This document shows, piece by piece, positions 53,443 through 64,000 of a stretch of DNA of 64,000 nt. Position 1 is the stretch's first letter; every line of letters begins with the position of its first letter. The stretch is from sequence record PZ445526.1; one strand, given 5' to 3'. The notes under the pieces were generated by a model that worked only from the letters and a program-made list of their open reading frames with translations, was not told the origin of the DNA and searched no databases. The position numbers and the translations under genes are program-made. The DNA comes from a phage.

Positions 53443-56400
53443 ATGGCCGAGATTAAAAGAAAGTTCAGAGCAGAAGATGGTCTGGACGCAGGTGGTGATA
53501 AAATAATCAACGTAGCTTTAGCTGATCGTACCGTAGGAACTGACGGTGTTAACGTTGATTACTTAATTCAAGAAAACACAGTTCAACAATATGATCCAAC
53601 TCGTGGATATTTAAAAGATTTTGTAATCATTTATGATAACCGCTTTTGGGCTGCTATAAATGATATTCCAAAACCAGCAGGAGCTTTTAATAGCGGACGC
53701 TGGAGAGCATTACGTACGGACGCAAACTGGATTACGGTTTCATCTGGTTCATATCAATTGAAATCCGGTGAAGCAATTTCTGTTAATACTGCAGCTGGAA
53801 ATGACATCACGTTTACTTTACCGTCTTCTCCAATTGATGGTGATACTATCGTTCTCCAAGATATTGGAGGAAAACCAGGAGTTAACCAAGTTTTAATTGT
53901 AGCTTCAGTGCAAAGTATTGTAAACTTTAGAGGTGAACAGGTACGTTCAGTACTAATGACTCATCCAAAGTCACAGCTAGTTTTATTTTTTAGTAATCGT
54001 CTGTGGCAAATGTATGTTGCTGATTATAGTAGAGAAGCTATAGTTGTAACACCAGCGAATACCTATCAAGCACAATCCAACGATTTTATCGTACGTAGAT
54101 TTACTTCTGCTGCACCAATTAATGTTAAACTTCCAAGATTTGCTAATCATGGCGATATTATTAATTTCGTTGATTTAGATAAACTGAATCCACTTTATCA
54201 TACAATTGTTACTACATACGATGAAACGACTTCAGTACAAGAAGTTGGAACTCATTCCATTGAAGGACGTACATCTATTGACGGTTTCTTAATGTTTGAT
54301 GATAATGAGAAATTGTGGAGATTGTTTGACGGGGATAGTAAAGCACGTTTACGCATTATAACGACTAATTCTAATATTCGTCCAAATGAAGAAGTCATGG
54401 TATTTGGTGCAAATAACGGAACAACTCAGACAATTGAGCTTAAGCTTCCAACTAATATTTCTGTTGGTGATACTGTTAAAATTTCCATGAATTACATGAG
54501 AAAAGGACAAACAGTTAAAATCAAAGCTGCTGGTGAAGATAAAATTGCTTCTTCAGTTCAATTGCTGCAATTCCCAAAACGCTCAGAATATCCACCTGAG
54601 GCTGAATGGGTAACAGTTCAAGAATTAGTTTTTAATGGTGAAACTAATTATGTTCCAGTTTTAGAACTTGCTTATATTGAAGATTCTGATGGAAAATACT
54701 GGGTTGTACAGCAAAACGTTCCAACTGTAGAAAGAGTAGATTCTTTAAATGATTCTACTAGAGCAAGATTAGGCGTAATTGCTTTAGCTACACAAGCTCA
54801 AGCTAACGTCGATTTAGAAAATTCTCCACAAAAAGAATTAGCAATTACTCCAGAAACATTAGCTAACCGTACTGCTACAGAAACTCGTAGAGGTATCGCA
54901 AGAATAGCAACTACTGCTCAAGTGAATCAGAACACCACATTCTCTTTTGCAGATGACCTTATCATTACTCCTAAAAAGCTGAATGAAAGAACTGCTACTG
55001 AAACTCGCAGAGGTGTTGCTGAAATTGCTACGCAGCAAGAAACTAATGCAGGAACCGATGATACTACAATCATCACTCCCAAAAAGCTTCAAGCTCGTCA
55101 AGGTTCTGAATCATTATCTGGTATTGTAACTTTTGTATCTACTGCAAGTGCTACTCCAGCTTCTAGCCGTGAATTAAATGGTACGAATGTTTATAATAAA
55201 AACACTAATAATTTAGTTGTTTCACCTAAAGCTTTGGATCAGTATAAAGCTACTCCAACACAGCAAGGTGCAGTAATTTTAGCAGTTGAAAGTGAAGTAA
55301 TTGCTGGACAAAGTCAGCAAGGATGGGCAAATGCTGTTGTAACGCCAGAAACGTTACATAAAAAGACATCAACTGATGGAAGAATTGGTTTAATTGAAAT
55401 TGCTACGCAAAGTGAAGTTAATACAGGAACTGATTATACTCGTGCAGTCACTCCTAAAACTTTAAATGACCGTAGAGCAACTGAAAGTTTAAGTGGTATA
55501 GCTGAAATTGCTACACAAGTTGAATTCGACGCAGGCGTCGACGATACTCGTATCTCTACACCATTAAAAATTAAAACCAGATTTAATAGTACTGATCGTA
55601 CTTCTGTTGTTGCTCTATCTGGATTAGTTGAATCAGGAACTCTCTGGGACCATTATACCCTTAATATTCTTGAAGCAAATGAGACACAGCGTGGTACACT
55701 TCGTGTAGCTACACAGGTCGAAGCTGCTGCAGGAACATTAGATAATGTTTTAATAACTCCTAAAAAGCTTTTAGGTACTAAATCTACCGAATCGCAAGAA
55801 GGTGTTATTAAAGTTGCAACTCAGTCTGAAACTGTGACTGGAACATCAGCAAATACTGCTGTATCTCCAAAAAATTTAAAGTGGATTGCGCAGAGTGAAC
55901 CTACCTGGGCAGCTACTACTGCGATAAGAGGTTTTGTTAAAACTTCATCTGGTTCAATTACATTCGTTGGTAATGATACAGTCGGTTCTACCCAAGATTT
56001 AGAACTGTATGAGAAAAATAGCTATGCGGTATCACCATATGAATTAAACCGTGTATTAGCAAATTATCTGCCATTAAAAGCAAAAGCTGTAGATAGTAAT
56101 TTATTGGATGGTCTAGATTCATCTCAGTTCATTCGTAGGGATATTGCACAGACGGTTAATGGTTCACTAACCTTAACCCAACAAACGAATCTGAGTGCCC
56201 CTCTTGTATCATCTAGTACTGCTACGTTTGGTGGTTCAGTTTCGGCAAATAGTACATTAACTATTTCTAATACTGGAACGGCAACTCGTCTGATTTTTGA
56301 GAAAGGACCTCAGACTGGAACAAATCCTGCTCAAACGATGACTATCAGAGTTTGGGGAAATCAGTTTGGCGGCGGTTCAGATACAACACGTTCTACTGTA

Positions 56401-57312
56401 TTTGAAGTTGGTGATGAAACGTCTAATCACTTTTACTCTCAACGTAATAAAGCTGGGAATATAACGTTTAGTATCAATGGTACTGTAATGCCAATAAATG
56501 TTAATGCTTCGGGTTCTTTAAATGCGAATGGCGTTGCAACATTTGGTAGTTCAGTTACAGCCAATGGTGAATTCATTAGCAAGTCTGCAAATGCTTTCAG
56601 AGCAATTAGTGGTGATTACGGATTCCTTATTCGCAATGATGGCACTAATACCTATTTTTTGCTAACCCATCCAGGAGGCCAGACTGGTGGATTTAGTGGA
56701 TTACGTCCTTTAGCTATTAATAATGCATCTGGCCAAGTAACGATTGGTGAAGGCTTAATCATTGCCAAAGGTGCTACTATAAATTCAGGTGGTTTGACTG
56801 TTAACTCGAGAATTCGTTCTCAGGGCACTAAAACATCTGATTTATACACCCGCGCACCAACATCTGATACTGTAGGATTCTGGTCAATCGATATTAACGA
56901 TTCAGCCACTTATAACCAGTTCCCGGGTTATTTTAAAATGGTTGAAAAAACTAATGAAGTGACTGGACTTCCATACTTAGAGCGTGGTGAAGAAGTTAAA
57001 TCTCCTGGTACATTGACTCAGTTTGGTAATACACTTGATTCGCTTTACCAAGATTGGATTACTTATCCAACGACAGCAGAAGCGCGTACCACTCGCTGGA
57101 CACGCACATGGCAGAAAACTAAAAACTCTTGGTCAAGTTTTGTTCAGGTATTTGACGGAGGTAACCCTCCTCAACCGTCTGATATCGGTGCTTTACCATC
57201 TGATAATGCTACAATGGGGAATCTTACTATTCGTGACTTCTTACGAATTGGTAATGTTCGCATTGTTCCTGACCCAGTAAATAAAACGGTTAAATTTGAA
57301 TGGGTTGAATAA
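53443..57312 (+). CDS. 34: Long tail fibre proximal subunit gp34
   Basis: 1289-aa ORF, T4 gp34 length; internal repeats of about 30-40 aa; TATAAATA about 35 nt upstream. Confidence 0.95.
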   Translation: MAEIKRKFRAEDGLDAGGDKIINVALADRTVGTDGVNVDYLIQENTVQQYDPTRGYLKDFVIIYDNRFWAAINDIPKPAGAFNSGRWRALRTDANWITVSSGSYQLKSGEAISVNTAAGNDITFTLPSSPIDGDTIVLQDIGGKPGVNQVLIVASVQSIVNFRGEQVRSVLMTHPKSQLVLFFSNRLWQMYVADYSREAIVVTPANTYQAQSNDFIVRRFTSAAPINVKLPRFANHGDIINFVDLDKLNPLYHTIVTTYDETTSVQEVGTHSIEGRTSIDGFLMFDDNEKLWRLFDGDSKARLRIITTNSNIRPNEEVMVFGANNGTTQTIELKLPTNISVGDTVKISMNYMRKGQTVKIKAAGEDKIASSVQLLQFPKRSEYPPEAEWVTVQELVFNGETNYVPVLELAYIEDSDGKYWVVQQNVPTVERVDSLNDSTRARLGVIALATQAQANVDLENSPQKELAITPETLANRTATETRRGIARIATTAQVNQNTTFSFADDLIITPKKLNERTATETRRGVAEIATQQETNAGTDDTTIITPKKLQARQGSESLSGIVTFVSTASATPASSRELNGTNVYNKNTNNLVVSPKALDQYKATPTQQGAVILAVESEVIAGQSQQGWANAVVTPETLHKKTSTDGRIGLIEIATQSEVNTGTDYTRAVTPKTLNDRRATESLSGIAEIATQVEFDAGVDDTRISTPLKIKTRFNSTDRTSVVALSGLVESGTLWDHYTLNILEANETQRGTLRVATQVEAAAGTLDNVLITPKKLLGTKSTESQEGVIKVATQSETVTGTSANTAVSPKNLKWIAQSEPTWAATTAIRGFVKTSSGSITFVGNDTVGSTQDLELYEKNSYAVSPYELNRVLANYLPLKAKAVDSNLLDGLDSSQFIRRDIAQTVNGSLTLTQQTNLSAPLVSSSTATFGGSVSANSTLTISNTGTATRLIFEKGPQTGTNPAQTMTIRVWGNQFGGGSDTTRSTVFEVGDETSNHFYSQRNKAGNITFSINGTVMPINVNASGSLNANGVATFGSSVTANGEFISKSANAFRAISGDYGFLIRNDGTNTYFLLTHPGGQTGGFSGLRPLAINNASGQVTIGEGLIIAKGATINSGGLTVNSRIRSQGTKTSDLYTRAPTSDTVGFWSIDINDSATYNQFPGYFKMVEKTNEVTGLPYLERGEEVKSPGTLTQFGNTLDSLYQDWITYPTTAEARTTRWTRTWQKTKNSWSSFVQVFDGGNPPQPSDIGALPSDNATMGNLTIRDFLRIGNVRIVPDPVNKTVKFEWVE
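54840..55900 (+). repeat. Tandem protein-level repeats in gp34
   Basis: At least 6 copies of TP(K/E)xL...T(E/D)(T/S)..G(I/V)..(I/V)AT(Q/T)xE.. spaced about 30-45 aa. Confidence 0.7.
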
Positions 57313-57320
57313 GAGGTATT

Positions 57321-58439
57321 ATGGAAAAATTTATGGCAGAGTTTGGACAAGGATATGTCCAAACGCCATTTTTATCGGAAAGCAATTCAGTAAGATACAA
57401 AATAAGTATAGCGGGTTCTTGCCCGCTTTCTACTGCAGGACCACCATATGTTAAATTTCAGGATAATCCTGTAGGAAGTCAAACATTTAGCGCAGGACTT
57501 CATTTAAGAGTTTTTGACCCTTCCACCGGAGCATTAGTTGATAGTAAGTCATATGCTTTTTCGACTTCAAATGATACTACATCAGCTGCCTTTGTTAGTT
57601 TCATGAATTCTATTTCAAGCAATAGACTTGTTGCTATATTAACTAACGGAAAGGTTAATTTTCCTCCTGAAGTAGCATCTTGGTTAAGAACCGCCGGAAC
57701 GTCTGCCTTTCCGTCTGATTCTGTATTGTCAAGATTCGACGTATCATATGCTGCTTTTTACACTTCTTCTAAAAGAGCTATTGCATTAGAGCATGTTAAA
57801 CTAAGTAATAGAAAAAGCACAGATGATTATCAAACTATTTTAGATGTTGTATTTGACAGTTTAGAAGACGTTGGAGCTACAGGATTTCCTAAAAGAACAT
57901 ATGAAAGCGTTGAGCAATTCATGTCGGCAGTTGGTGGAACTAATAACGAAATTGCGCGATTGCCAACTTCAGCTGCTATAAGTAAATTATCTGATTATAA
58001 TTTAATTCCTGGCGATGTTCTTTATCTTAAAGCCCAGTTATATGCTGATGCCGATTTACTTGCTCTTGGAACTACGAATATATCCATTCGATTTTATAAT
58101 GCATCAAATGGATATATTTCCTCGACACAAGCTGAGTTCACCGGACAAGCTGGGTCTTGGGAATTAAAGGAAGATTATGTAGTTGTTCCAGAAAATGCTG
58201 TGGGATTTACGATATACGCGCAAAGAACTGCACAAGCTGGTCAAGGTGGCATGAGGAATTTAAGCTTTTCGGAAGTGTCAAGAAATGGAAGTATTTCGAA
58301 ACCTGCTGAATTTGGTATCAACGGCATTCGTGTTAATTATATCTGCGAATCCGCTTCACCTCCGGATATAATTGTACTTCCTACGCAAGCATCGTCTAAA
58401 ACTGGTAAAGTGTTTGGACAAGAATTTAGAGAAGTATAA
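57321..58439 (+). CDS. 35: Long tail fibre hinge protein gp35
   Basis: 372-aa ORF, T4 gp35 size; hairpin and late promoter downstream. Confidence 0.9.
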   Translation: MEKFMAEFGQGYVQTPFLSESNSVRYKISIAGSCPLSTAGPPYVKFQDNPVGSQTFSAGLHLRVFDPSTGALVDSKSYAFSTSNDTTSAAFVSFMNSISSNRLVAILTNGKVNFPPEVASWLRTAGTSAFPSDSVLSRFDVSYAAFYTSSKRAIALEHVKLSNRKSTDDYQTILDVVFDSLEDVGATGFPKRTYESVEQFMSAVGGTNNEIARLPTSAAISKLSDYNLIPGDVLYLKAQLYADADLLALGTTNISIRFYNASNGYISSTQAEFTGQAGSWELKEDYVVVPENAVGFTIYAQRTAQAGQGGMRNLSFSEVSRNGSISKPAEFGINGIRVNYICESASPPDIIVLPTQASSKTGKVFGQEFREV

Positions 58440-58444
58440 ATTGA

Positions 58445-58470
58445 GGGAGCCTTCGGGTTCCCTTTTTCTT
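58445..58470 (+). terminator. Terminator after gene 35
   Basis: GGGAGCC-TTCG-GGTTCCC followed by TTTTTCTTT. Confidence 0.65.
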
Positions 58471-58478
58471 TATAAATA
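58471..58478 (+). promoter_or_regulatory. Late promoter TATAAATA upstream of gene 36
   Basis: Exact motif 24 nt before the gene 36 ATG, right after the gene 35 hairpin. Confidence 0.7.
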
Positions 58479-58501
58479 CTATTAAAATAAAGGGGCATAC
58501 A

Positions 58502-59191
58502 ATGGCTGATTTAAAAGTAGGTTCAACAACTGGAGGCTCTGTCATTTGGCATCAAGGAAATTTTCCATTGAATCCAGCCGGTGACGATGTACTCTATAAA
58601 TCATTTAAAATATATTCAGAATATAACAAACCACAAGCTACTGACAACGATTTCGTTTCTAAAGCTAACGGTGGCACAAAGTCTCAGGGTTTCCAAAAAG
58701 AAGTAGAATTTAGAGAAGGCGTTAAGATTTCTGCAACGTTTTCTGGCGGTTCAGACCTGAACGGGTTATATTCTGGCAATGGAGATGGAGCTTCCAGAGA
58801 AAAAGCTAACATGGATTTACGTTCATGGTACGGCATTGGTATTTGGAACACATGTACGGGTGATGGGATCCAGGGACGCACAATCTGGTTTAATGCCAGG
58901 CGTGGTACAGTTGAAACAGTTGGCGATATTGTTTCAGACCGACAAGTTATTTCTAATGCTTCAGGACCGACCGGCCCAGCACACTTAACTCGTAAAGATT
59001 ATGTTGATGGAGCAATAAATACTGTTACAGCAAATGCGAACTCTAGAGTGTTGCGTTCTGGCGACACTATGACAGGTAACTTAACCGCGCCAAACTTTTT
59101 CTCGCAGAATCCCGCATCTCAACCCTCACATGTTCCACGATTTGACCAAATCGTAATTAAGGATTCTGTTCAAGATTTCGGCTATTATTAA
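58502..59191 (+). CDS. 36: Long tail fibre distal connector gp36
   Basis: 229-aa ORF preceded by TATAAATA; position between 35 and 37. Confidence 0.9.
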   Translation: MADLKVGSTTGGSVIWHQGNFPLNPAGDDVLYKSFKIYSEYNKPQATDNDFVSKANGGTKSQGFQKEVEFREGVKISATFSGGSDLNGLYSGNGDGASREKANMDLRSWYGIGIWNTCTGDGIQGRTIWFNARRGTVETVGDIVSDRQVISNASGPTGPAHLTRKDYVDGAINTVTANANSRVLRSGDTMTGNLTAPNFFSQNPASQPSHVPRFDQIVIKDSVQDFGYY

Positions 59192-59199
59192 GAGGACTT

Positions 59200-62100
59200 A
59201 TGGCTACTTTAAAACAAATACAATTTAAAAGAAGCAAAATCGCAGGAACTCGTCCTGCTGCTTCAGTATTAGCCGAAGGTGAATTGGCTATAAACTTAAA
59301 AGATAGAACACTTTTTACTAAAGATGATTCAGGAAATATCATTGATTTAAGCATTTCCGCTGGCGGTAATATCAGTGGAAATGTAACTATTGATGGAACT
59401 TTACGCGTCAATGGACCAATAAACAATTTTGGAAATTTTTCCACAAGTGGCCAGATTACCGCTGGTAGTAGTATTTCAGCTCAAGTTTTTAGAGCATTGC
59501 AAGGTTCGTTTTATTCAAGAGCTTCAACCGGTGAAACAGCAAATGCCCATTTATGGTTTGAAAATGCCGATGGCACTGAACGTGGCGTTATATATGCTCG
59601 TCCTCAAACTACAACTGCCGGTGAAATACGCCTTAGGGTTAGACAAGGAACAGGAAGCACTACCAACAGTGAATTCTATTTCCGTTCTATAAACGGCGGT
59701 GAATTTCAAGCCAATCGTATTTTAGCATCAGATTCGTTAGTAACTAAACGCATTGCGGTTGATACTGTTATTCACGATGCCAAAGCGTTTGGACAATATG
59801 ATTCTCACTCTTTGGTTAACTATGTTTATCCTGGAACCGGTGAAACAAATGGTGTAAACTATCTTCGTAAAGTTCGCGCTAAAGCTGCCGGAACCATGTG
59901 GCATGAAATCTGTACAGCTCAGACTGGACAAGCTGATGAAATGTCATGGTGGACTGGTAATACTCCTCAGTCTAAACAATATGGTATTCGTAATGACGGA
60001 CGAATTGCTGGACGTAATAGCCTTGCATTAGGTACATTCACTACAAATTTCCCGTCTAGTGATTATGGTAATGTCGGTGTAATGGGCGATAAATATCTTG
60101 TTCTCGGTGACACTGTAACTGGCTTGTCATACAAAAAAACTGGTGTATTTGATCTAGTTGGCGGTGGATATTCTGTTGCATCTATTACTCCAGATAGTTT
60201 CCGTAGTACTCGTAAAGGTATATTTGGTCGTTCCGAGGACCAAGGCGCAACTTGGATAATGCCTGGTACAAATGCTGCTCTCTTGTCCGTTCAAACACAA
60301 GCTGATACTAACAATGCTGGAGACGGACAAACCCATATCGGGTACAATGCTGGCGGTAAAATGAACCACTATTTCCGTGGTACAGGACAGATGAATATCA
60401 ATACCCAACAAGGTATGGAAATTAACCCGGGTATTTTGAAATTGGTAACTGGCTCTAATAATGTACAGTTTTATGCTGACGGCAATATTTCTTCTATCCA
60501 ACCTGTTAAATTAGACAACGAATTATTTTTAAATAGTTCTAATAATACCGCAGGACTTAAATTTGGCGCCCCTAGCAAAGTTGATGGAACAAGAGCTATC
60601 CAATGGAACGGTGGTACTCGCGAAGGACAGAATAAAAACTATGTGATTATTAAAGCATGGGGTAACTCATTTAATGCCACTGGTGATAGATCTCGCGAAA
60701 CGGTTTTCCAAGTATCAGATAGTCAAGGATATTATTTTTATGCTCATCGTAAAGCTCCAACCGGCGACGAAACTATTGGACGTATTGAAGCTCAGTTTGC
60801 TGGAGAACTTAATGCTAAAAGTATTAATGCCGTCGAAAATTTTAAAGTTAATGGATTAAGCACTTTAGTCGGCGGAGTTACAATGAGCAATGGGCTTAAT
60901 TTAACCGGCGGTTCTTCTATTACTGGACAAGTTAAAATAGGCGGAACATATGATGCGTTAAGAATTTGGAACTCTCGTTATGGCGCCATTTTCCGTCGCT
61001 CAGAAACATCATTACATATTATCCCAACTAATGAAAATGAAGGGGAAAACGGTGCAATAAACAACCTTCGTCCGTTTAGTATTGAGTTAGGCACCGGCAC
61101 AGTTTCTATGTTACATGATGTTCATTTAGGAAATTCCGGATCTTCTACAGGATTATTACAAGTAAGTAATAGTCTTAAAACTATTAAAATGATATGTCCA
61201 GTGACTATTAATGAACGCAATGCAGCGCTTACCCTGGATTCTCCTTCATCTTCTTCTGCTAATTATTTACAGGGTTCTAAAGCTGGAACTAAATCGTGGT
61301 ATGTTGGTCTTGGTGGCGCTGGAAATGATTTATCGCTTTATAGCCAATCTTATGGACATGGTCTTGTTATAAGCGATAATTTCGTGTCAATTAGTAAACC
61401 TCTTAAAGTTGGAAATGCACAACTAGGAACTGACGGTAATATTACTGGTGGTTCTGGTAATTTTGCTAACTTGAATACCACGTTAAATCGTAAAGTTAAT
61501 TCTGGATTTATTACTTATGGAGCAACCTCTGGATGGTATAAGTTTGCAACAGTAACAATGCCACAATCCACTTCGACAGCCTTCTTTAAAATAGTTGGAG
61601 GTTCTGGATTTAATAGTGGATTATTCACCCAATGTAATATTGCTGAAATTGTTTTACGTACTGGTAATGAAAGACCTGCTGACTTAAATGCTGTATTATA
61701 CACAAGAACAATTGGAGCTGCATTTAAAAATATTGCAGTTAATAACGTCTCTGGAGATACATATGACATCTATGTTTATGCTGGAACATATTGTAATCAA
61801 TTAGCTTGTGAATGGGCATGTACTGAAAACGCTACTATTAGTGTTATTGGTATTAACTCATCTACACAATCACCTGTAGATGATCTTCCAGATACAGCAG
61901 TTAACGGTCAAGTTGCTAATGTTCTTAATAACTTGGTTGATAGCGGTAAAGGTAAGCGTTATGAAGCCGAGTCTGAAATAGCTATTAATAGCCAAACCGG
62001 TATTCGTATCAGAAGCAATGCCGATAAAACTGGTTCTGTAGCTACAATGTTACGAAATGATGGCGGTAGTTTTTATATTCTGTTTACAGATAAAAATGAC

Positions 62101-62931
62101 ACCGATGGCGCAGCAACTGTTAATGGTGAGTGGAATAGTAAACGTCCTTTCGCAATTAACTTAACAACCGGCGAAGTGATGATGAATAATGGCATAGCTG
62201 TTCGCAGCGCTGCTTTATTCTATAATAGCATAAACGTCAAAGATAATGGTTCTATTAACTTTGATAAATCAGGTGCTAACCCGAGAAATATGAGAATATT
62301 TCATGCTGGCGATGCTTCTCGCGGTAACCGTATTGAAATTGCCGATGAAACTAATTATATTGCTTACTTTGAAAAAGCTCCAGGTGGAGCTAACCGCTTT
62401 GTAGTAAATAATGCTACTGTATCTGGTGTTAATCAAATGAATTCATTTGGTGTCAATACATCAAATGCTCTCGGTGGAAACAGTATAACATTTGGTGATA
62501 CCGATACTGGTATTAAGCAAAATGGTGATGGATTATTAGACATATATGCGAACAACGCACAAGTATTCCGTTTCCAAAACGGCGATTTGTACTCATACAA
62601 AAATATAAATGCTCCAAACGTTTATATTCGTTCTGATATTCGTTTAAAATCCAACTTTAAGCCTATCGAAAATGCACTTGATAAAGTTGAAAAACTTAAC
62701 GGTGTCATTTATGATAAAGCTGAATACATCGGTGGAGAGGCAATTGAAACTGAAGCGGGTATTGTGGCTCAAACGCTACAAGACGTTTTACCAGAAGCCG
62801 TCCGTGAAACAGAAGACAGCAAGGGTAATAAAATACTCACTGTTTCTTCTCAAGCCCAGATTGCTCTTCTGGTTGAAGCTGTGAAAACGCTTTCTGCTCG
62901 TGTAAAAGAACTTGAATCTAAACTTATGTAA
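59200..62931 (+). CDS. 37: Long tail fibre distal subunit gp37 with C-terminal intramolecular chaperone (peptidase S74-like) domain
   Basis: 1243-aa ORF; Gly/Ser/Asn/Thr-rich fibre sequence; last about 98 aa contain [13 protein letters not shown]...LNGVIYD motif typical of auto-cleaving chaperone domains. Confidence 0.9.
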   Translation: MATLKQIQFKRSKIAGTRPAASVLAEGELAINLKDRTLFTKDDSGNIIDLSISAGGNISGNVTIDGTLRVNGPINNFGNFSTSGQITAGSSISAQVFRALQGSFYSRASTGETANAHLWFENADGTERGVIYARPQTTTAGEIRLRVRQGTGSTTNSEFYFRSINGGEFQANRILASDSLVTKRIAVDTVIHDAKAFGQYDSHSLVNYVYPGTGETNGVNYLRKVRAKAAGTMWHEICTAQTGQADEMSWWTGNTPQSKQYGIRNDGRIAGRNSLALGTFTTNFPSSDYGNVGVMGDKYLVLGDTVTGLSYKKTGVFDLVGGGYSVASITPDSFRSTRKGIFGRSEDQGATWIMPGTNAALLSVQTQADTNNAGDGQTHIGYNAGGKMNHYFRGTGQMNINTQQGMEINPGILKLVTGSNNVQFYADGNISSIQPVKLDNELFLNSSNNTAGLKFGAPSKVDGTRAIQWNGGTREGQNKNYVIIKAWGNSFNATGDRSRETVFQVSDSQGYYFYAHRKAPTGDETIGRIEAQFAGELNAKSINAVENFKVNGLSTLVGGVTMSNGLNLTGGSSITGQVKIGGTYDALRIWNSRYGAIFRRSETSLHIIPTNENEGENGAINNLRPFSIELGTGTVSMLHDVHLGNSGSSTGLLQVSNSLKTIKMICPVTINERNAALTLDSPSSSSANYLQGSKAGTKSWYVGLGGAGNDLSLYSQSYGHGLVISDNFVSISKPLKVGNAQLGTDGNITGGSGNFANLNTTLNRKVNSGFITYGATSGWYKFATVTMPQSTSTAFFKIVGGSGFNSGLFTQCNIAEIVLRTGNERPADLNAVLYTRTIGAAFKNIAVNNVSGDTYDIYVYAGTYCNQLACEWACTENATISVIGINSSTQSPVDDLPDTAVNGQVANVLNNLVDSGKGKRYEAESEIAINSQTGIRIRSNADKTGSVATMLRNDGGSFYILFTDKNDTDGAATVNGEWNSKRPFAINLTTGEVMMNNGIAVRSAALFYNSINVKDNGSINFDKSGANPRNMRIFHAGDASRGNRIEIADETNYIAYFEKAPGGANRFVVNNATVSGVNQMNSFGVNTSNALGGNSITFGDTDTGIKQNGDGLLDIYANNAQVFRFQNGDLYSYKNINAPNVYIRSDIRLKSNFKPIENALDKVEKLNGVIYDKAEYIGGEAIETEAGIVAQTLQDVLPEAVRETEDSKGNKILTVSSQAQIALLVEAVKTLSARVKELESKLM

Positions 62932-62932
62932 A

Positions 62933-62960
62933 AGAGGGCTTCGGCCCTCTAAGGATTTTT
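62933..62960 (+). terminator. Stem-loop between genes 37 and 38
   Basis: AGAGGGC-TTCG-GCCCTCT then AAGGATTTTTA before the gp38 ATG. Confidence 0.55.
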
Positions 62961-62961
62961 A

Positions 62962-63744
62962 ATGGCAATTGTAGGTGTTCCTGGCTGGATTGGTGAATCT
63001 GCCGTGAATGAAACTGGACAACGCTGGATGGATGCTGCGATGAGAGAAGTTCGTGTTTCAGTTCCCGGTTGGATGAGTTCAATGGCTGGGCAATCTAAAG
63101 AGATTCATTATAGCATTGGTGCTAGCAATTCTTACAATAAAGACACACTAATAAACTGGATAAAAGCCCAAGGAAGCACTCCTGTTGTTATTACTATTAC
63201 AGGAAATATTGTTTCTCAATCTACTGGTGTTCCATGCTTAGATTTTCCTAGCTCATTAACTAATGCATATGTTACGTTGATCATTAACTCAGGTGTGACT
63301 GTTTACGGACGCGGTGGCAATGGTGGTAGTAACGCTGCTGGTGCTGCTGGTGGTAACGCAATTAATAATGGCATCGGTACACGCTTGCGTATTACGAATA
63401 ATGGTGCAATCGCTGGAGGTGGCGGCGGCGGCGGCGGCGGTAACAGGGGTAAACTAATATTTGGTGGTGGCGGTGGTCGCCCATTCGGTGCTGGTGGGTC
63501 TTCCTCTCATATGAGTTCCGGTGCAACTGCTGGCACCATTTCCGCTCCGGGTAAAGGATCTGTTGGTGAGGGGTCTCTTAGCGCATATACAGGCGGCGCG
63601 GGCGGCAACGTTGGTGCTGCTGGAGGAAGATGTAATACTCAAGGTAACGGTACAGAATATAACGGCGGCGCAGCAGGTAAAGCTGTTACTGGTAATGCTC
63701 CAACTTGGACTAAAGTTGGTACAATATACGGTTCAAGAGTATAA
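62962..63744 (+). CDS. 38: Receptor-recognising adhesin gp38 (T2-type, glycine-rich motifs)
   Basis: 260-aa ORF with conserved N-terminal MAIVGVPGWIGESAVNETGQRWMDAAMREVR and multiple poly-Gly motifs separating variable segments. Confidence 0.88.
   Translation: MAIVGVPGWIGESAVNETGQRWMDAAMREVRVSVPGWMSSMAGQSKEIHYSIGASNSYNKDTLINWIKAQGSTPVVITITGNIVSQSTGVPCLDFPSSLTNAYVTLIINSGVTVYGRGGNGGSNAAGAAGGNAINNGIGTRLRITNNGAIAGGGGGGGGGNRGKLIFGGGGGRPFGAGGSSSHMSSGATAGTISAPGKGSVGEGSLSAYTGGAGGNVGAAGGRCNTQGNGTEYNGGAAGKAVTGNAPTWTKVGTIYGSRV
63415..63441 (+). repeat. (GGN)9 glycine tract containing perfect (GGC)6 inside gp38
   Basis: ggaggt ggcggcggcggcggcggc ggt encodes GGGGGGGGG; second shorter GGTGGTGGCGGTGGT tract about 25 nt downstream. 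Confidence 0.9.
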
Positions 63745-63776
63745 TTTTGAATAAATATCCTTAAAAGGAGGGTCTA

Positions 63777-64000
63777 TGGCAGCACCTAGAATATCATTTT
63801 CGCCCTCTGATATTCTATTTGGTGTTCTAGATCGCTTGTTCAAAGATAACGCTACCGGGAAAGTTCTTGCTTCCCGGGTAGCTGTCGTAATTCTTTTATT
63901 TATGATGGCGATTGTTTGGTATAGGGGAGATAGTTTCTTTGAGTACTATAAGCAATCAAAGTATGAAACATACAGTGAAATTATTGAAAAGGAAAGAAAT
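63777..64000 (+). CDS. t: Holin T (5' part; continues beyond window)
   Basis: ATG at 63777 with AAGGAGGG SD; MAAPRISFSPSDILFGVLDRLFKDNATGKVLASRVAVVILLFMMAIVWY... has the single N-terminal TMD of T4-type holins. Confidence 0.85.

Noticed and set aside
53313-53510. 65-aa minus-strand ORF spanning the rnh-34 promoter region
   Set aside because: Overlaps the gene 34 start and late promoter on the opposite strand; more likely chance frame in the regulatory gap.
63300-63700. Repetitive GGN-rich DNA as a possible CRISPR or tandem repeat array
   Set aside because: The repeats are codon-level glycine motifs within the gp38 reading frame, not direct repeats with unique spacers.

Overview
This window is a contiguous block of a T4-like (T-even) myovirus genome, read from the sequence and the ORF track without any database search. 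It runs from the large terminase gene 17 through head, tail and baseplate genes, into a minus-strand early region (alt, ligase 30, rIII, 31, cd, pseT, alc, rnlA, denA, nrdB, nrdA, td, frd, 32, 59, 33, dsbA, rnh), and ends with tail fibre genes 34-38 and the start of holin t. Many proteins match T4 products as I recall them (gp23, ligase, gp31, rIII, gp32, RNase H), but it is not T4 itself. td and nrdB are uninterrupted, there is no gene between 32 and 59, gp37 is 1243 aa with a C-terminal autoproteolytic chaperone-like domain, and gp38 is a 260-aa glycine-rich T2-type adhesin. I found no tRNA, rRNA or CRISPR array. Regulatory signals are dense: TATAAATA late promoters, sigma70-like early promoters abutting upstream stop codons, a MotA-box middle promoter before uvsY, many GC-rich hairpins, and the gene 32 operator. 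The best candidate for something under-described is an ADP-ribosylation cluster flanking ligase: two tandem Alt-family paralogs plus a coupled NADAR-like and HAD-phosphatase pair. Other points worth a look are a free-standing HNH endonuclease wedged between nrdA and nrdB, an extra ORF between frd and td, a (GGC)6 tract in the gp38 adhesin, and a hairpin-split ribosome binding site before denA. Several ORF-track N-termini begin at TTG/GTG and were trimmed to the first ATG with a Shine-Dalgarno. Motif coordinates were counted by hand and may be off by 1-2 nt.
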